A DNA stretch of 64,000 nucleotides from Acidobacteriota bacterium (lineage in GTDB: Bacteria; Acidobacteriota; UBA890; WLXD01). The position numbers and the translations under genes are program-made. The stretch is from positions 32,001 through 96,000 of the forward strand of contig CAXWPH010000012.1 of NCBI GenBank assembly GCA_963666055.2, read 5' to 3'. Below the pieces are notes generated by a model. The model made no database searches and was not told the DNA's origin. It worked only from the letters and a program-made list of their open reading frames with translations. Shown piece by piece: positions 29,491-42,130 of this stretch; positions within the stretch are counted from its first letter, which is position 1, and every line of letters begins with the position of its first letter.

Positions 29491-30768
29491 ATGCGGGAGA
29501 GCGAACCCCTATGGCTGGCGAGCCGATTCCAGCTGTATATCGCACTACGCTACTTCAAGGCGCGCCGCCAGCAGGCGTTCACGTCGGTCGTGAGCGTCGT
29601 TTCGATCCTCGGCGTGGGCGTCGGGGTGGCAGCGCTGATCATCGCGCTGGCGCTGCTTACCGGCTTCCAGGAAGACATCCAGGACAAGATCATCGGCGCC
29701 AACGCGCACGTCTTCGTGCAGCCGTTCGGCCCCTATCTGGACGACCACGCGTATGTCGTAGACACGGCCCGATCGGTGAGCGGCGTGATCGATGCGGCGC
29801 CGGCCTTGCTGACGCCTGGTCTCATGGAGGGGCGTTCGCAGACGCCGCGCTTCGTCAATCTCAAGGGTGTCGATGCCGGCGGCGAGGCCCGCACCACGAG
29901 GCTTCTCGATCGGATGGTGAAGGGCAGCGCCGAGGGCCTGATAGCACGAGGCGCAAGCTCATCGGGCCGTCCCGGCGTGGTGCTCGGCAACGAGCTGGCC
30001 GCGAGTCTCTTCGTCGACGTTGGCGACCAGGTGAAGGTCAGCGTTCACTCCAGCGGCATGATTACCCCATTCGGCGGCAGTGGCGGGATCAAGATCGTTC
30101 GCTTCGACGTAGTGGGGATCTTCGAGGCGGGTATGTACGAGTACGACAACACCTGGGCCCTCATTCCCCTCGAGACCGCGCAACGCATGGTCGAGGCGGG
30201 GGATGGGGTGACCTTGGTGCAGGTCCGCGTCGAGGATGCCTTCAACACCGCTCCAGTGGTCGAAGAACTGGGGGACCGTCTCGGCGAAGGCTACTTCTTG
30301 ATGGACTGGCAGAGCATGAACCGCGCCTACTTCGCGGCGCTGCAGCTGGAGAAGCTCGCTCTCTTCGTCACCATCAGCCTGATCACCGCGGTAGCCGCAC
30401 TGAACATCGCCGCCAGTCTGGTGCTGATGATCAAGGACAAGCAACGCGATATCGGCATCCTGATGTCGCTCGGGACTACGCGGCGGCATATCCGACAGAT
30501 CTTCATGATCCAGGGCGTGATGATAGGGCTCATCGGCACCGCACTGGGGTGCATTCTCGGCGTCGCTACTTCCTTGACGCTGGACCACTACGAGCTCATC
30601 CGGTTGGAGGCGCAAGTCTATTACTTGGCGTACGTGCCGTTTCACGTACGCTCGGTCGACCTCGGCCGCGTCTGCCTGGTCGCCGTGGTCATCTCCCTCG
30701 CCGCGACGCTCTATCCGGCACTGCGCGCGTCACGCCTCGACCCGGTCGCCTCCCTTCGCTACGAGTAG
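29491..30768 (+). CDS. lolC: Lipoprotein-releasing ABC transporter permease LolC/E
   Basis: IALRY, TM1 GVGVGVAALII, periplasmic domain, YPALRASRLDPVASLRYE. Confidence 0.9.
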   Translation: MRESEPLWLASRFQLYIALRYFKARRQQAFTSVVSVVSILGVGVGVAALIIALALLTGFQEDIQDKIIGANAHVFVQPFGPYLDDHAYVVDTARSVSGVIDAAPALLTPGLMEGRSQTPRFVNLKGVDAGGEARTTRLLDRMVKGSAEGLIARGASSSGRPGVVLGNELAASLFVDVGDQVKVSVHSSGMITPFGGSGGIKIVRFDVVGIFEAGMYEYDNTWALIPLETAQRMVEAGDGVTLVQVRVEDAFNTAPVVEELGDRLGEGYFLMDWQSMNRAYFAALQLEKLALFVTISLITAVAALNIAASLVLMIKDKQRDIGILMSLGTTRRHIRQIFMIQGVMIGLIGTALGCILGVATSLTLDHYELIRLEAQVYYLAYVPFHVRSVDLGRVCLVAVVISLAATLYPALRASRLDPVASLRYE

Positions 30769-30770
30769 TC

Positions 30771-31475
30771 ATGCATGACGCTGAAGAGTTCCTCACCGTC
30801 GAAGGGATCGATAAGAGCTACCGCTCCGGCGACCGCCGACTACAAGTTCTGTCGGACTGCGACTTACGTCTGGCGGCAGGCGAACGTATCGCCATCATCG
30901 GCCAGAGCGGCGTCGGCAAGAGCACGCTGCTGCACCTGCTGGCCGGACTGGATCGTCCCGACAGCGGCAGCATCCGCTTCCGCGGCCGCGAGCTGCGATC
31001 GCTGTCCGAGCCCGACCTGGCGGCGTTTCGAGGTCGTCACGTGGGCCTCGTCTTTCAGTTCTACCACCTGCTTCCGGAGTTCAGCGCCCTGGAGAACATC
31101 ATGATGCCGCTACTGATCAACGGCGACGTGGATGGGGCACAGGAGCGCGCCACGGGTCTGCTGGCGGACGTTGGGCTGGCCGATCGGGCACACCATTTCC
31201 CATCCGAGCTATCCGGCGGTGAGTGCCAGCGGGTTGCCATTGCGCGCGCCCTCGTCCGGCAGCCCGAGGTCCTGCTTGCTGACGAGCCTACCGGCAACCT
31301 CGACCGCGACAACGGCAGGCGAGTCCTGGAGATCTTCTTGCGACTTCACGAGAGCTATGGCAACGCCATGGTGCTGGTTACGCACAACCCCGAGTTGGTG
31401 GCCGACTTCGACCGCGTTCTGGTGATGGAGTTCGGCGGCCAACTCAGGGCGCATGTATCAGGAGAACGTCAATGA
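30771..31475 (+). CDS. lolD: Lipoprotein-releasing ABC transporter ATPase LolD
   Basis: GQSGVGKST, VFQFYHLLPEF, LSGGE, DEPTGNLD. Real start ATG 30771 lies inside the 654-aa track ORF. Confidence 0.92.
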   Translation: MHDAEEFLTVEGIDKSYRSGDRRLQVLSDCDLRLAAGERIAIIGQSGVGKSTLLHLLAGLDRPDSGSIRFRGRELRSLSEPDLAAFRGRHVGLVFQFYHLLPEFSALENIMMPLLINGDVDGAQERATGLLADVGLADRAHHFPSELSGGECQRVAIARALVRQPEVLLADEPTGNLDRDNGRRVLEIFLRLHESYGNAMVLVTHNPELVADFDRVLVMEFGGQLRAHVSGERQ

Positions 31476-31561
31476 ACCGCGCGCCGAGGGAACGGTTGCC
31501 TGTGACGTGCCCATCAGCGGCGTGGATCCCCGATTGGGTACCGCGCATGACTGCTAACGTC

Positions 31562-31591
31562 TTGGCGGCTGGAAAATCGCTCCGCTATACT
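31562..31591 (+). promoter_or_regulatory. Candidate sigma70 promoter for clpC
   Basis: TTGGCG, 18 bp, TATACT. Confidence 0.45.
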
Positions 31592-31700
31592 CGAAACCAA
31601 GCGGCGCCCTTTGGCGTCGCCCTTTGCGACAGGAGACCCAACGGACGCGGCGCCACGGCACGCGGCCTGCGGGGGGGCTCCTGCGAATGGGGCTGGGTCG

Positions 31701-34145
<2,445 letters not shown>

Positions 34146-34293
34146 ACCGGACCGTTGGAGCATGCGGGGGTACGAAGGCAGTAAGCTGGTCGGGCCACAA
34201 GCGGGCCGATGCGGTATCATCCTTCGTATGGTGTGCTCGCGACCCGCCGCGTGGGCGCGAGACGTACAAACTCCCCCTGCGCCCGAAGACGCC

Positions 34294-36789
34294 ATGGACC
34301 TTCTCCCGAGCGATCAGTCACGCTATCTCTTCGCCCTCCGGGCAACGGCCTTGGCGGTGCTCGTGATCCTCGTGGTCGACTCGAGCCTGCTACTCGCGGC
34401 TCCCACCGCCCAGCTGCCGCCCGCACAGGTCGCCGCTGCCGCGCGCGGTCCACAAGGCCGGAACATCGAAGAGATCCGCATCATCGGTAACGAGCGATTC
34501 GATTCCGACACGATCAGCTTCTACATGGCGAGCCGTACCGGGGCGCCTTTCGATACCGCCACCGCAGAGCTCGACTACATGTCGCTGTTCAATACGAACT
34601 GGTTCTACAACCTGGTAATGAGCTGGGAAGAGGGAACCAACGGCAGCATCGTGCTCGTCATCGACGTGGAGGAGCTACCCCTGCTTCGGCAGGTCCGCAT
34701 CGAAGGAACCCGCAAGGTACGCCTGGACGACTTCTTCGAGCGCCTCGATCTGATCGAGCGCCACGTGACCATCAACGACCCGATCGACGAGCAACTGCTG
34801 CGTGACAACATCGAAGTGCTGACGTTCATGCTGCAAGGCGACGACGGGTTGCAGTTCGTGCAGATCGACCTCGAGGTCGTGGAGTCAGAGCTCGGTGCCG
34901 GGGTGGACGCGATCTACCGGGTCATCGAGGGCGACTCCGTGCGCATCGCGCTGGTGCAGTTCGAAGGCAACACTGTCTTCAGCGATCAGCAGCTGCGATG
35001 GGCGATGAAACGCACCGCCGAGCACCACTTCATGTCGTTCCTCAGCAAGAGCGATCGTTTTTCGCGCGCCGGCTACGAGTTCGACATGGTCGAGCTTCAG
35101 AAGCTATATCACCGCAACGGCTACCTGGAGTTCGATGCCGACGAGCCGCGCATCGAGGTGTTTACCGAAAACCGATCGCTGTGGTTTGACGATCGGGAAC
35201 GACTGGCGATAACGATTCCGATTTATGAGGGCACGCAGTATCACATCGGCGACATCAGGATCGAAGGAAACACCGCTTTCAGCGACGAAGAGCTTATCCG
35301 GGAGATCGGGCTCCGTCCCGGCGACATTCTGAATATCGAGGAAGTTCAGGCGGCAAACCAGGCGCTTGCCGACAAATACACGAACGCTGGATATCTACAG
35401 GTCGCCATTGCTCCGATTCCCTATCAAGACCCGTCGACCGGCCTCGCCAACCTGACCTACCAGGTGCAGGAGAACGCCATCTATCGGGTAAACCGAATCG
35501 AGTTTTCGGGCAATACAAACACGCGCGACTTCGTCCTCCGACGAAACCTCAACCTGCACGAGCTGGCGCAATGGGATCAAAGCCGCTTCGACACCAGTCT
35601 CAACCGACTATGGCGTCTCGGCTATTTTCAGAACGTCGAGCATAACCTCGCTAGCGCCCCCCCCGGGGAGTCCCTTGATCCTGCAGTGCCGGCCGATCCG
35701 CAGTTCGGCTCTGTGGATGTCGACTTGAGAGTCGCGGAGATCGGTCGCAACCAGATCTCGTTCGGCGGCGGTGTATCAGCGCTCGAAGGCGGCTTCGTCC
35801 AGTTCGGCTATTCGACCCGCAATCTGTTCGGCTATGGGCAGACGGTGTCGATCAACGGGCAGGTTGGAAAGCTCCGTCAGAACGTACGGCTATCGTTCTC
35901 GGATCCATATTTCCTCGGCAAGCGCGTGCGCTTCGGTGTCGACATATTCCGCGATGCCATTGATTTCCCCGACTTTCAACGGTCAGGCACCGGCGGGGCG
36001 ATCCGCTTCGGCCTGCCGCTGAACGTCAACGAGACGATCGCCGCGTTCCTCGAGTACAACTACGAGGTCATCGATATCGGCAACGTCAGCAGCTCACTAG
36101 GGAGCATCTCGTCGCCGCTGTTCCAGGCACTCTTCCTGACCCGGGGGCGCCGCGTCACCAGCTCGATACGACCGTTCGTGTTCCATTCCAATCTCGACAA
36201 CCCTTTCATGGCATCGCGCGGCAGCCGCACGAGTGCCTCGTTCGAGTACGCTGGCGGACCTCTCGGTGGCACGCTCGACTTCTGGCGCGCCAGCCTGCGC
36301 ACCACCTGGTACATCCCCACCGCGACCCGCTCCGGGTTCATTCGCACCCCCAAGCAAATCCTGGTGCTCAATGTCAGGGCCGACTATGCCGAGCCGCTGG
36401 GGGATCTCGTGGAGCTGCCGATCTTCGAGCGCTTCTTCTTGGGCGGAACCAACTCGGTTCGGGGTACGCGGCTGCGGTCGATTGGCCCGATTGACGAGTT
36501 CGGCAACATTCTCGGCGGCACCAAGGGGCTGCAGTACAACCTCGAGTACATCTTCGCTCTCACCCCGGCACTGCGCGTGAAGGGGTTCCACGACGCTGGA
36601 CAGGCCTGGTTATCAGACGACGACATCAGCATCCGGGACATGCGTCGTACGGTGGGGCTGGAGTTCGAGATCTTCGCGCCCGTCTTCAATATACCGATGC
36701 GCTTCTTCTGGGCCTACAACTTCGATCCCCTGGAGATCTTCGGGGAGCAGAGGTCGACGTTCGAGTTCGCGATTGGCTCGACGTTCTAG
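34294..36789 (+). CDS. bamA: Outer membrane protein assembly factor BamA
   Basis: POTRA repeats (GNTNTRDFVLRR), beta-barrel FFLGG..SVRG, C-terminal Phe; precedes lpxD. Confidence 0.93.
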   Translation: MDLLPSDQSRYLFALRATALAVLVILVVDSSLLLAAPTAQLPPAQVAAAARGPQGRNIEEIRIIGNERFDSDTISFYMASRTGAPFDTATAELDYMSLFNTNWFYNLVMSWEEGTNGSIVLVIDVEELPLLRQVRIEGTRKVRLDDFFERLDLIERHVTINDPIDEQLLRDNIEVLTFMLQGDDGLQFVQIDLEVVESELGAGVDAIYRVIEGDSVRIALVQFEGNTVFSDQQLRWAMKRTAEHHFMSFLSKSDRFSRAGYEFDMVELQKLYHRNGYLEFDADEPRIEVFTENRSLWFDDRERLAITIPIYEGTQYHIGDIRIEGNTAFSDEELIREIGLRPGDILNIEEVQAANQALADKYTNAGYLQVAIAPIPYQDPSTGLANLTYQVQENAIYRVNRIEFSGNTNTRDFVLRRNLNLHELAQWDQSRFDTSLNRLWRLGYFQNVEHNLASAPPGESLDPAVPADPQFGSVDVDLRVAEIGRNQISFGGGVSALEGGFVQFGYSTRNLFGYGQTVSINGQVGKLRQNVRLSFSDPYFLGKRVRFGVDIFRDAIDFPDFQRSGTGGAIRFGLPLNVNETIAAFLEYNYEVIDIGNVSSSLGSISSPLFQALFLTRGRRVTSSIRPFVFHSNLDNPFMASRGSRTSASFEYAGGPLGGTLDFWRASLRTTWYIPTATRSGFIRTPKQILVLNVRADYAEPLGDLVELPIFERFFLGGTNSVRGTRLRSIGPIDEFGNILGGTKGLQYNLEYIFALTPALRVKGFHDAGQAWLSDDDISIRDMRRTVGLEFEIFAPVFNIPMRFFWAYNFDPLEIFGEQRSTFEFAIGSTF

Positions 36790-36802
36790 ATCCATCGCCG
36801 GG

Positions 36803-37837
36803 CTGCGGCTGACCGCGCTTGCGGACCTCGTCGACGGTACATTGGAAGGCGATCCCGAACGTATCGTTGCGGGCGTGGCAGAGATCGAACTGGCGACCGA
36901 ACGCGACATCGTATTCGTCACCGACAGCAAGCGAGCCAGGGCACTGGCGACCACGTGTGCCGCCGCGGTGCTCGTACCGCAGGAGTTGGAGGTCGCACAA
37001 CACACGCCAGGCAAGGGAATCAATCTGATACGGGTCGAAGATCCGTATTGCGCCGTCGCCCTCGTTCTCGATGCGCTGTATCCCCTCCAGCCGACAACAA
37101 GCGGAATCCACGCTAGCGCCAGGATCGATCCGGGGGCGGACCTGGCGACCGACGTGGCCGTGGGCGCCCACGTGGAGATCGGTGCCGCGGCCGTAATCGG
37201 AGCCCGCAGCCAAATCGGCCATGGCTGCACGATCGCGCCGGGCGTGCGCCTGGGTGAGGATTGCACGCTCTATCCGAACGTCACTGTCTACGAGGGCACA
37301 CGGATCGGCGACCGCGTCGTACTTCACGCCGGCGTGGTGATCGGCGCGGACGGCTTCGGATTCGCGCGCCACGGATCACATCAGAGGAAAATCCCGCAGA
37401 TTGGTGGGGTCATACTCGAGGACGACGTGGATATCGGCGCCAACTCCTGCATCGATCGCGGCACGCTACGCGACACGCGGGTGGGCGCCGGGACCAAAAT
37501 CGACAACCTGGTGCAGATCGGCCACAATTGCGACATTGGTCGGCATTGTGCGATCAGTGGCCAGGCTGGCCTCTCCGGCAGCACGGTGCTGGAGGATGGC
37601 GTCATCGTCGGTGGCAACGTCGGCACCTCGGGCCACCAGGTGATCGGAGCCGGCTCGATGCTTGCCGCCAGAAGCGGGGTCCACGGCGACCTGCCTCCGG
37701 GTTCGGTCGTCGGAGGCTCTCCGCATATGGAAATTGGCTTGTGGCGACGCGTTGTCGGTACGCTCACCAAGCTTCCGGAGTTGCGGCGGCGCGTACGGCG
37801 ACTGGAGAAGGCGGCCGAGAGCCGCGGCGAGGAGTAG
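36803..37837 (+). CDS. lpxD: UDP-3-O-acylglucosamine N-acyltransferase
   Basis: Hexapeptide repeats, GADGFGF, IDRG, KIDNLVQIGHN. Start uncertain (CTG 36803 or TTG 36773). Confidence 0.93.
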   Translation: MRLTALADLVDGTLEGDPERIVAGVAEIELATERDIVFVTDSKRARALATTCAAAVLVPQELEVAQHTPGKGINLIRVEDPYCAVALVLDALYPLQPTTSGIHASARIDPGADLATDVAVGAHVEIGAAAVIGARSQIGHGCTIAPGVRLGEDCTLYPNVTVYEGTRIGDRVVLHAGVVIGADGFGFARHGSHQRKIPQIGGVILEDDVDIGANSCIDRGTLRDTRVGAGTKIDNLVQIGHNCDIGRHCAISGQAGLSGSTVLEDGVIVGGNVGTSGHQVIGAGSMLAARSGVHGDLPPGSVVGGSPHMEIGLWRRVVGTLTKLPELRRRVRRLEKAAESRGEE

Positions 37838-37840
37838 GCT

Positions 37841-38296
37841 TTGACCGTCGACATCGCAGGCATCATGGCGGCACTGCCACATCGTTATCCGTTCTTGCTG
37901 GTCGACCGCATCGTCGAGATGGATCCCGGTGAACGGGTCGTCGGGATCAAGAACGTTACCGTGAACGAACCGTTCTTTCCCGGTCACTTCCCGGGCAGCC
38001 CGGTAATGCCCGGAGTGCTGATCGTCGAGGCGATGGCGCAGACTGGGGCTGTCATGGTGATTCGCGACGGCGGCGAAGCCCTCGCCGGCAAGTTTTTCTA
38101 CCTTGCTGGTGTCGACAAGGTGCGCTTCCGTCGGCCCGTTGTCCCCGGCGATCAACTACGGATGGAGCTCACGGTTCTTTCTATGCGTCGACGCGCGTGC
38201 AAGATGGCTGGCCGGGCGACGGTCGACGGAGAGCTCGCCGCCGAGGCTATTCTACTGTCATTGATGGTCGATCCGGGAACCGGTGTGGCGCGATGA
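37841..38296 (+). CDS. fabZ: 3-hydroxyacyl-ACP dehydratase
   Basis: [26 protein letters not shown]. Confidence 0.96.
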   Translation: MTVDIAGIMAALPHRYPFLLVDRIVEMDPGERVVGIKNVTVNEPFFPGHFPGSPVMPGVLIVEAMAQTGAVMVIRDGGEALAGKFFYLAGVDKVRFRRPVVPGDQLRMELTVLSMRRRACKMAGRATVDGELAAEAILLSLMVDPGTGVAR

Positions 38297-39078
38297 GCGT
38301 GCAGGTAGAGTGCCATCCGACGGCTATCGTATACGAGGGAGCAGAGCTCGGCGTCGGCGTCAAGCTCGGGCCGTATGCCATCGTTCATCCGACCGCAGCA
38401 ATCGGCGACAGATCGGAGATTGGCGCCTTCGCGGTGGTGCACGATCACACTACTCTGGGCGCGCAGACGCGCGTCTTCCCGCACGCCTCGGTCGGGTCCG
38501 AGCCCCAAGACCTGAAGTTCGATGGCGAGATGTCGTTCTTGGACTCCGGCGAGGGCAACACGTTCCGCGAGTTCGTAACAGTGAATCGGGGTACCGAAGG
38601 CGGGGGCGGCGTGACCCGGATCGGTTCGGGCAACATTTTCATGGCCTACTCGCACGTGGCGCACGATTGCCAGGTCGGCAATCACACTATCTTCGGCAAT
38701 TCCGCCACCCTGGCGGGACACGTCGAGGTCGGCGACTACGCGATCCTCAACGCTTTCTGCGGCATCCAACAGTTCGTCCGTGTCGGCGCACACGCCTTCC
38801 TGGCGGCGCAGGCCGGGATTACCAAGGACGTCGTGCCTTTCGCCCGGGCACGCGGCAACCACGCGCGCATCCTGGGCTTGAATTCGGTAGGTCTGCAACG
38901 CCGCGGCTTCGACGATGCGGTATGCCGCGACCTCAAGCGAGCCTTCCGCATCTTATTCCGTGAGAAGCTCAACACCACCCAGGCGCTGGCAAAGATCGCC
39001 GCAGTCGGGCTCGCGGGTCCCGAGCTTGACCAGCTGGTGTCATTCGTAAAGAGCAGTGAGCTCGGAATCGCCAAGTGA
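38293..39078 (+). CDS. lpxA: Acyl-ACP--UDP-GlcNAc acyltransferase
   Basis: [29 protein letters not shown]. Confidence 0.95.
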   Translation: MSVQVECHPTAIVYEGAELGVGVKLGPYAIVHPTAAIGDRSEIGAFAVVHDHTTLGAQTRVFPHASVGSEPQDLKFDGEMSFLDSGEGNTFREFVTVNRGTEGGGGVTRIGSGNIFMAYSHVAHDCQVGNHTIFGNSATLAGHVEVGDYAILNAFCGIQQFVRVGAHAFLAAQAGITKDVVPFARARGNHARILGLNSVGLQRRGFDDAVCRDLKRAFRILFREKLNTTQALAKIAAVGLAGPELDQLVSFVKSSELGIAK

Positions 39079-39892
39079 GCCGCTGGCGCTGATCGCCGGC
39101 AGCACACAAATGCCCGTGTTGGTCGCCCGCCAGGCTCGACAGGCCGGCAGGCGCGTTGTTGCCGCTGCCATCCACGGCATCACCGATCCTGCGCTCGAGG
39201 CGCACGTCGACGGCGTCCAGTGGCTCCATTGGGGAGACCTGCCCGCTTTCTTCAGCGTGCTCGATGGTTGGCGGCGGGATGGCATCACCGAAGCCATCAT
39301 GGCGGGAAAGGTCGAACAGAAGCGCATGTACGAGCGCGATGCTGACGGCGGAATGCAGGCGATGTTAGCCGAGCTCCCATCCGGCCACACGGACCAGCTG
39401 CTCGGCGCGGTGGCGAAGGTGCTGGAGTCGGCCGGGATTCGTCTGGTCGAGTCGACGCGTTATCTACGCCAGTTGATGCCGGCGCCGGGGTGGACTGCCT
39501 GGCGCCAGCTGACGGCTGCCGAGGACGCCGACATCCGACACGGCTGGCGGATCGCCAAGGCTCTCGGCGAGCACGACATCGGGCAAACCGTCGTGGTCAA
39601 GGAGAAAGCCGTATTGGCCGTGGAGGGAATGGAAGGGACGGACGCCTGCGTCCGAAGAGGCGGCGAGCTCGGCGGCCCCGGCTCGGTGGTTGTGAAAGTG
39701 GCCAAGCCAGATCAAGATCTGCGATTCGACGTGCCCGTGGTCGGCGCACGTACGCTGGAGAACATGCATGCGGTCGGCGCCTCGGCGCTAGCGATCGAAG
39801 CGGACATGACGGTCCTGTTCGACCGCGCACGCGTCGAAAAGCTGGCGCAGGAATTGGACATCGCGTTGATCGCTAGAGCTGACGATGCCTGA
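39056..39892 (+). CDS. lpxI: UDP-2,3-diacylglucosamine pyrophosphatase LpxI family
   Basis: LIAG, DIGQTVVV, AVEGMEGTD, QDLRFDVPVVG; follows lpxA. Confidence 0.9.
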   Translation: MSSESPSEPLALIAGSTQMPVLVARQARQAGRRVVAAAIHGITDPALEAHVDGVQWLHWGDLPAFFSVLDGWRRDGITEAIMAGKVEQKRMYERDADGGMQAMLAELPSGHTDQLLGAVAKVLESAGIRLVESTRYLRQLMPAPGWTAWRQLTAAEDADIRHGWRIAKALGEHDIGQTVVVKEKAVLAVEGMEGTDACVRRGGELGGPGSVVVKVAKPDQDLRFDVPVVGARTLENMHAVGASALAIEADMTVLFDRARVEKLAQELDIALIARADDA

Positions 39893-40847
39893 CCGGGTAC
39901 GCGTCGGCGTCGTCGGAGTAGGCTCCATTGGCCGACACCACGCGCGCATCTATGCCGATAGCGACGCGGCACATCTGGTTGGCGTATACGACCTTCACGC
40001 AGATCGGTCAATCGAGTTGGCGCGAACCACGGGATGCAGGGCCTTCGACGAGCTCGCCACCCTGCTCGATAGCGTCGACGCGGTCAGCGTAGCAGTGCCG
40101 ACGCTGGCTCACGAGGACGTAGGGCTGCGCTGCCTCCAGGCCGGCTGTGATGCGTTGATCGAGAAACCTATCGCCAACAGCATCGACGCCGCCGACCGAC
40201 TCATCGCCAGCGCTGCGGAAGAAGACCGACTGCTGCAGATCGGGCATGTGGAGCGCTACAACCCGGCCGTCGAGGCGTTGCTGAGCCGTGTCGAGCGGCC
40301 GGGCTTCGTCGAGATTCATCGCCTTGGTTCATTCGCGGCGCGAGGCCTCGAAGTCGATGTAATCCTCGACCTTATGATCCACGACATCGACATCGTCCAC
40401 GCCATGGTCCAGGGCGATATCGACGAGGTTCGCGCCGTCGGTGTTCCCGTGCTGTCGGACGAGATCGACATCGCTAACGCTCGCCTCGAGTTCAGCGGCG
40501 GCTGCATCGTAAACATGACCGCCAGCCGGGTGAGTCTAAAGCGCGTCCGCAAGGTCCGGATCTTCGCACCTTCCGGGTATCTCTCGGTTGACTATTCTGC
40601 CCAGGAGGTAGCGCACTACCGGCTCGGCCACGAGGGGGGCCGCCCCAGTATCGAGGCCGTCCCGGTAAAGGTCGACCGAGCCGAGCCACTGGCTTGTCAA
40701 CTGAACGATTTCCTGGCCTCAGTGCGGACCAGGGATGCGCCGCGCGTCGACGGAGCCTCTGGTCGTCGAGCCCTGGAAACAGCGCTTCGCATCCGCGACG
40801 CGATGACGCGGCGGGCCGTTGCCCACCAGCCTGTCGCCAAGGGATAG
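39885..40847 (+). CDS. Gfo/Idh/MocA oxidoreductase (GnnA-like UDP-GlcNAc 3-dehydrogenase)
   Basis: GVGSIGRHH, EKPIA, GHVERYNP, DLMIHDID, DIANARL; located in the lipid A operon. Confidence 0.82.
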   Translation: MPDRVRVGVVGVGSIGRHHARIYADSDAAHLVGVYDLHADRSIELARTTGCRAFDELATLLDSVDAVSVAVPTLAHEDVGLRCLQAGCDALIEKPIANSIDAADRLIASAAEEDRLLQIGHVERYNPAVEALLSRVERPGFVEIHRLGSFAARGLEVDVILDLMIHDIDIVHAMVQGDIDEVRAVGVPVLSDEIDIANARLEFSGGCIVNMTASRVSLKRVRKVRIFAPSGYLSVDYSAQEVAHYRLGHEGGRPSIEAVPVKVDRAEPLACQLNDFLASVRTRDAPRVDGASGRRALETALRIRDAMTRRAVAHQPVAKG

Positions 40848-40967
40848 AGAGGTGCTGGGCACGATCCGGCATTGCGGCGTTGAGCGTGGCGTGGGCTCTC
40901 TCGGCCGACCACGAGCCCCATGGTAAACTCTCGCGCTTCCTGAGTGCCTTTCGTGGTTCACGAGACG

Positions 40968-42110
40968 ATGAAATACCGCTACAACGCGAGCCCGCGTCCG
41001 ACCGTCGGTGTCGAAGAGGAGTACCAGATTTGTGACCCGAGCACGGGAGATCTAGTACCGCGGGTCAACGAGCTGATGGCCCATGCCGATGAGGGCACGG
41101 CGCGTTTTCTGGCCCACGACCTTATTCAGGGACTGATCGAAGCGGTCACGGATATCGCCGAGACGGTCGACGAGGCAGCCGCTGACCTGGCCGCGAAGCG
41201 CCGGCTTGTGCTCTCGTATGCGGAAGCGGAAGGCTGCACGCTGGGCATCACCGGGGCACATCCGTACGCCGATCCGCGCGAGACTGCATTCGTCGATACC
41301 GAGTCATACCGTTGGGTCCGTGACCAACTGCGCTACATCGCCGGACGCAATCTCTCGTTCGGCCTCCACGTTCACGTCGGCGTGGACGATGCGGAGCGTG
41401 CCATCTACGTGGCCAACCGGCTGCGGCGATGGATTGGGCCGCTGATCGCAGTAGCCGCCAACTCGCCGTTCCTCGACGGTGTCGATACCGGCTGGGATTC
41501 GGCGCGCTCGGTTGCCTTCGGCAGCTTCCCGCGCTCCGGAGTTCCTCCACACTTGCGGAGCTGGGCGCACTACGAACAGGTCATGGGAGGGCTTCAGGCG
41601 GCCAACAGCATCAAGACACCACGCCACGTGTGGTGGAACGTGCGCCCTCATCCGACGTTCGGCACCGTCGAGATTCGCGCCTGTGACGTGCAGATGTCGT
41701 TGCGTCGCACCACTGCGATCGCTGCTCTTTGTCAGGCGCTGGTGGTGGGATACGGCGAGCGCCATCGGGCCGGAGAGGCCGAGCCGGCCCAGGATCAGGA
41801 GTTTCTCGATGACGGGCGGTTCAAAGGCATGCGTTTCGGCCTCGACGCTACAGTAATCGACGCGGAGACGCATGAGATCATGTCGATGCGGGAGATGGCC
41901 CGACTCATGGTGGCAGACGCTGGCGAGGCGAGTGCCTCGCTCGGCACCGAGTCGCATCTCCGCACGCTGTCGGAGATCATCGAATCCGGAAACGGGGCGA
42001 CGTACCAACGGGCGCTGGCGGAGGAGCTCGGAGGCGATCTGGTAGCGGTGCAGCTCCGACTGTTGGACGAGGCACGCTCTCTGGTGCTAGAACCCGACGT
42101 TCCCCTCTGA
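40968..42110 (+). CDS. YbdK-family carboxylate-amine ligase (GCS2)
   Basis: TVGVEEEYQI, FGLHVHVG, ANSPF, WWNVRPHPTFGTVEIR. Confidence 0.9.
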   Translation: MKYRYNASPRPTVGVEEEYQICDPSTGDLVPRVNELMAHADEGTARFLAHDLIQGLIEAVTDIAETVDEAAADLAAKRRLVLSYAEAEGCTLGITGAHPYADPRETAFVDTESYRWVRDQLRYIAGRNLSFGLHVHVGVDDAERAIYVANRLRRWIGPLIAVAANSPFLDGVDTGWDSARSVAFGSFPRSGVPPHLRSWAHYEQVMGGLQAANSIKTPRHVWWNVRPHPTFGTVEIRACDVQMSLRRTTAIAALCQALVVGYGERHRAGEAEPAQDQEFLDDGRFKGMRFGLDATVIDAETHEIMSMREMARLMVADAGEASASLGTESHLRTLSEIIESGNGATYQRALAEELGGDLVAVQLRLLDEARSLVLEPDVPL

Positions 42111-42130
42111 GCCGGAGCTGACGCGTCAAC

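Noticed and set aside
29511-30770. Long N-terminal extension of LolD (654-aa ORF)
   Set aside because: Off-frame overlap with lolC, Arg/Gly-rich shadow sequence; real start is ATG 30771.
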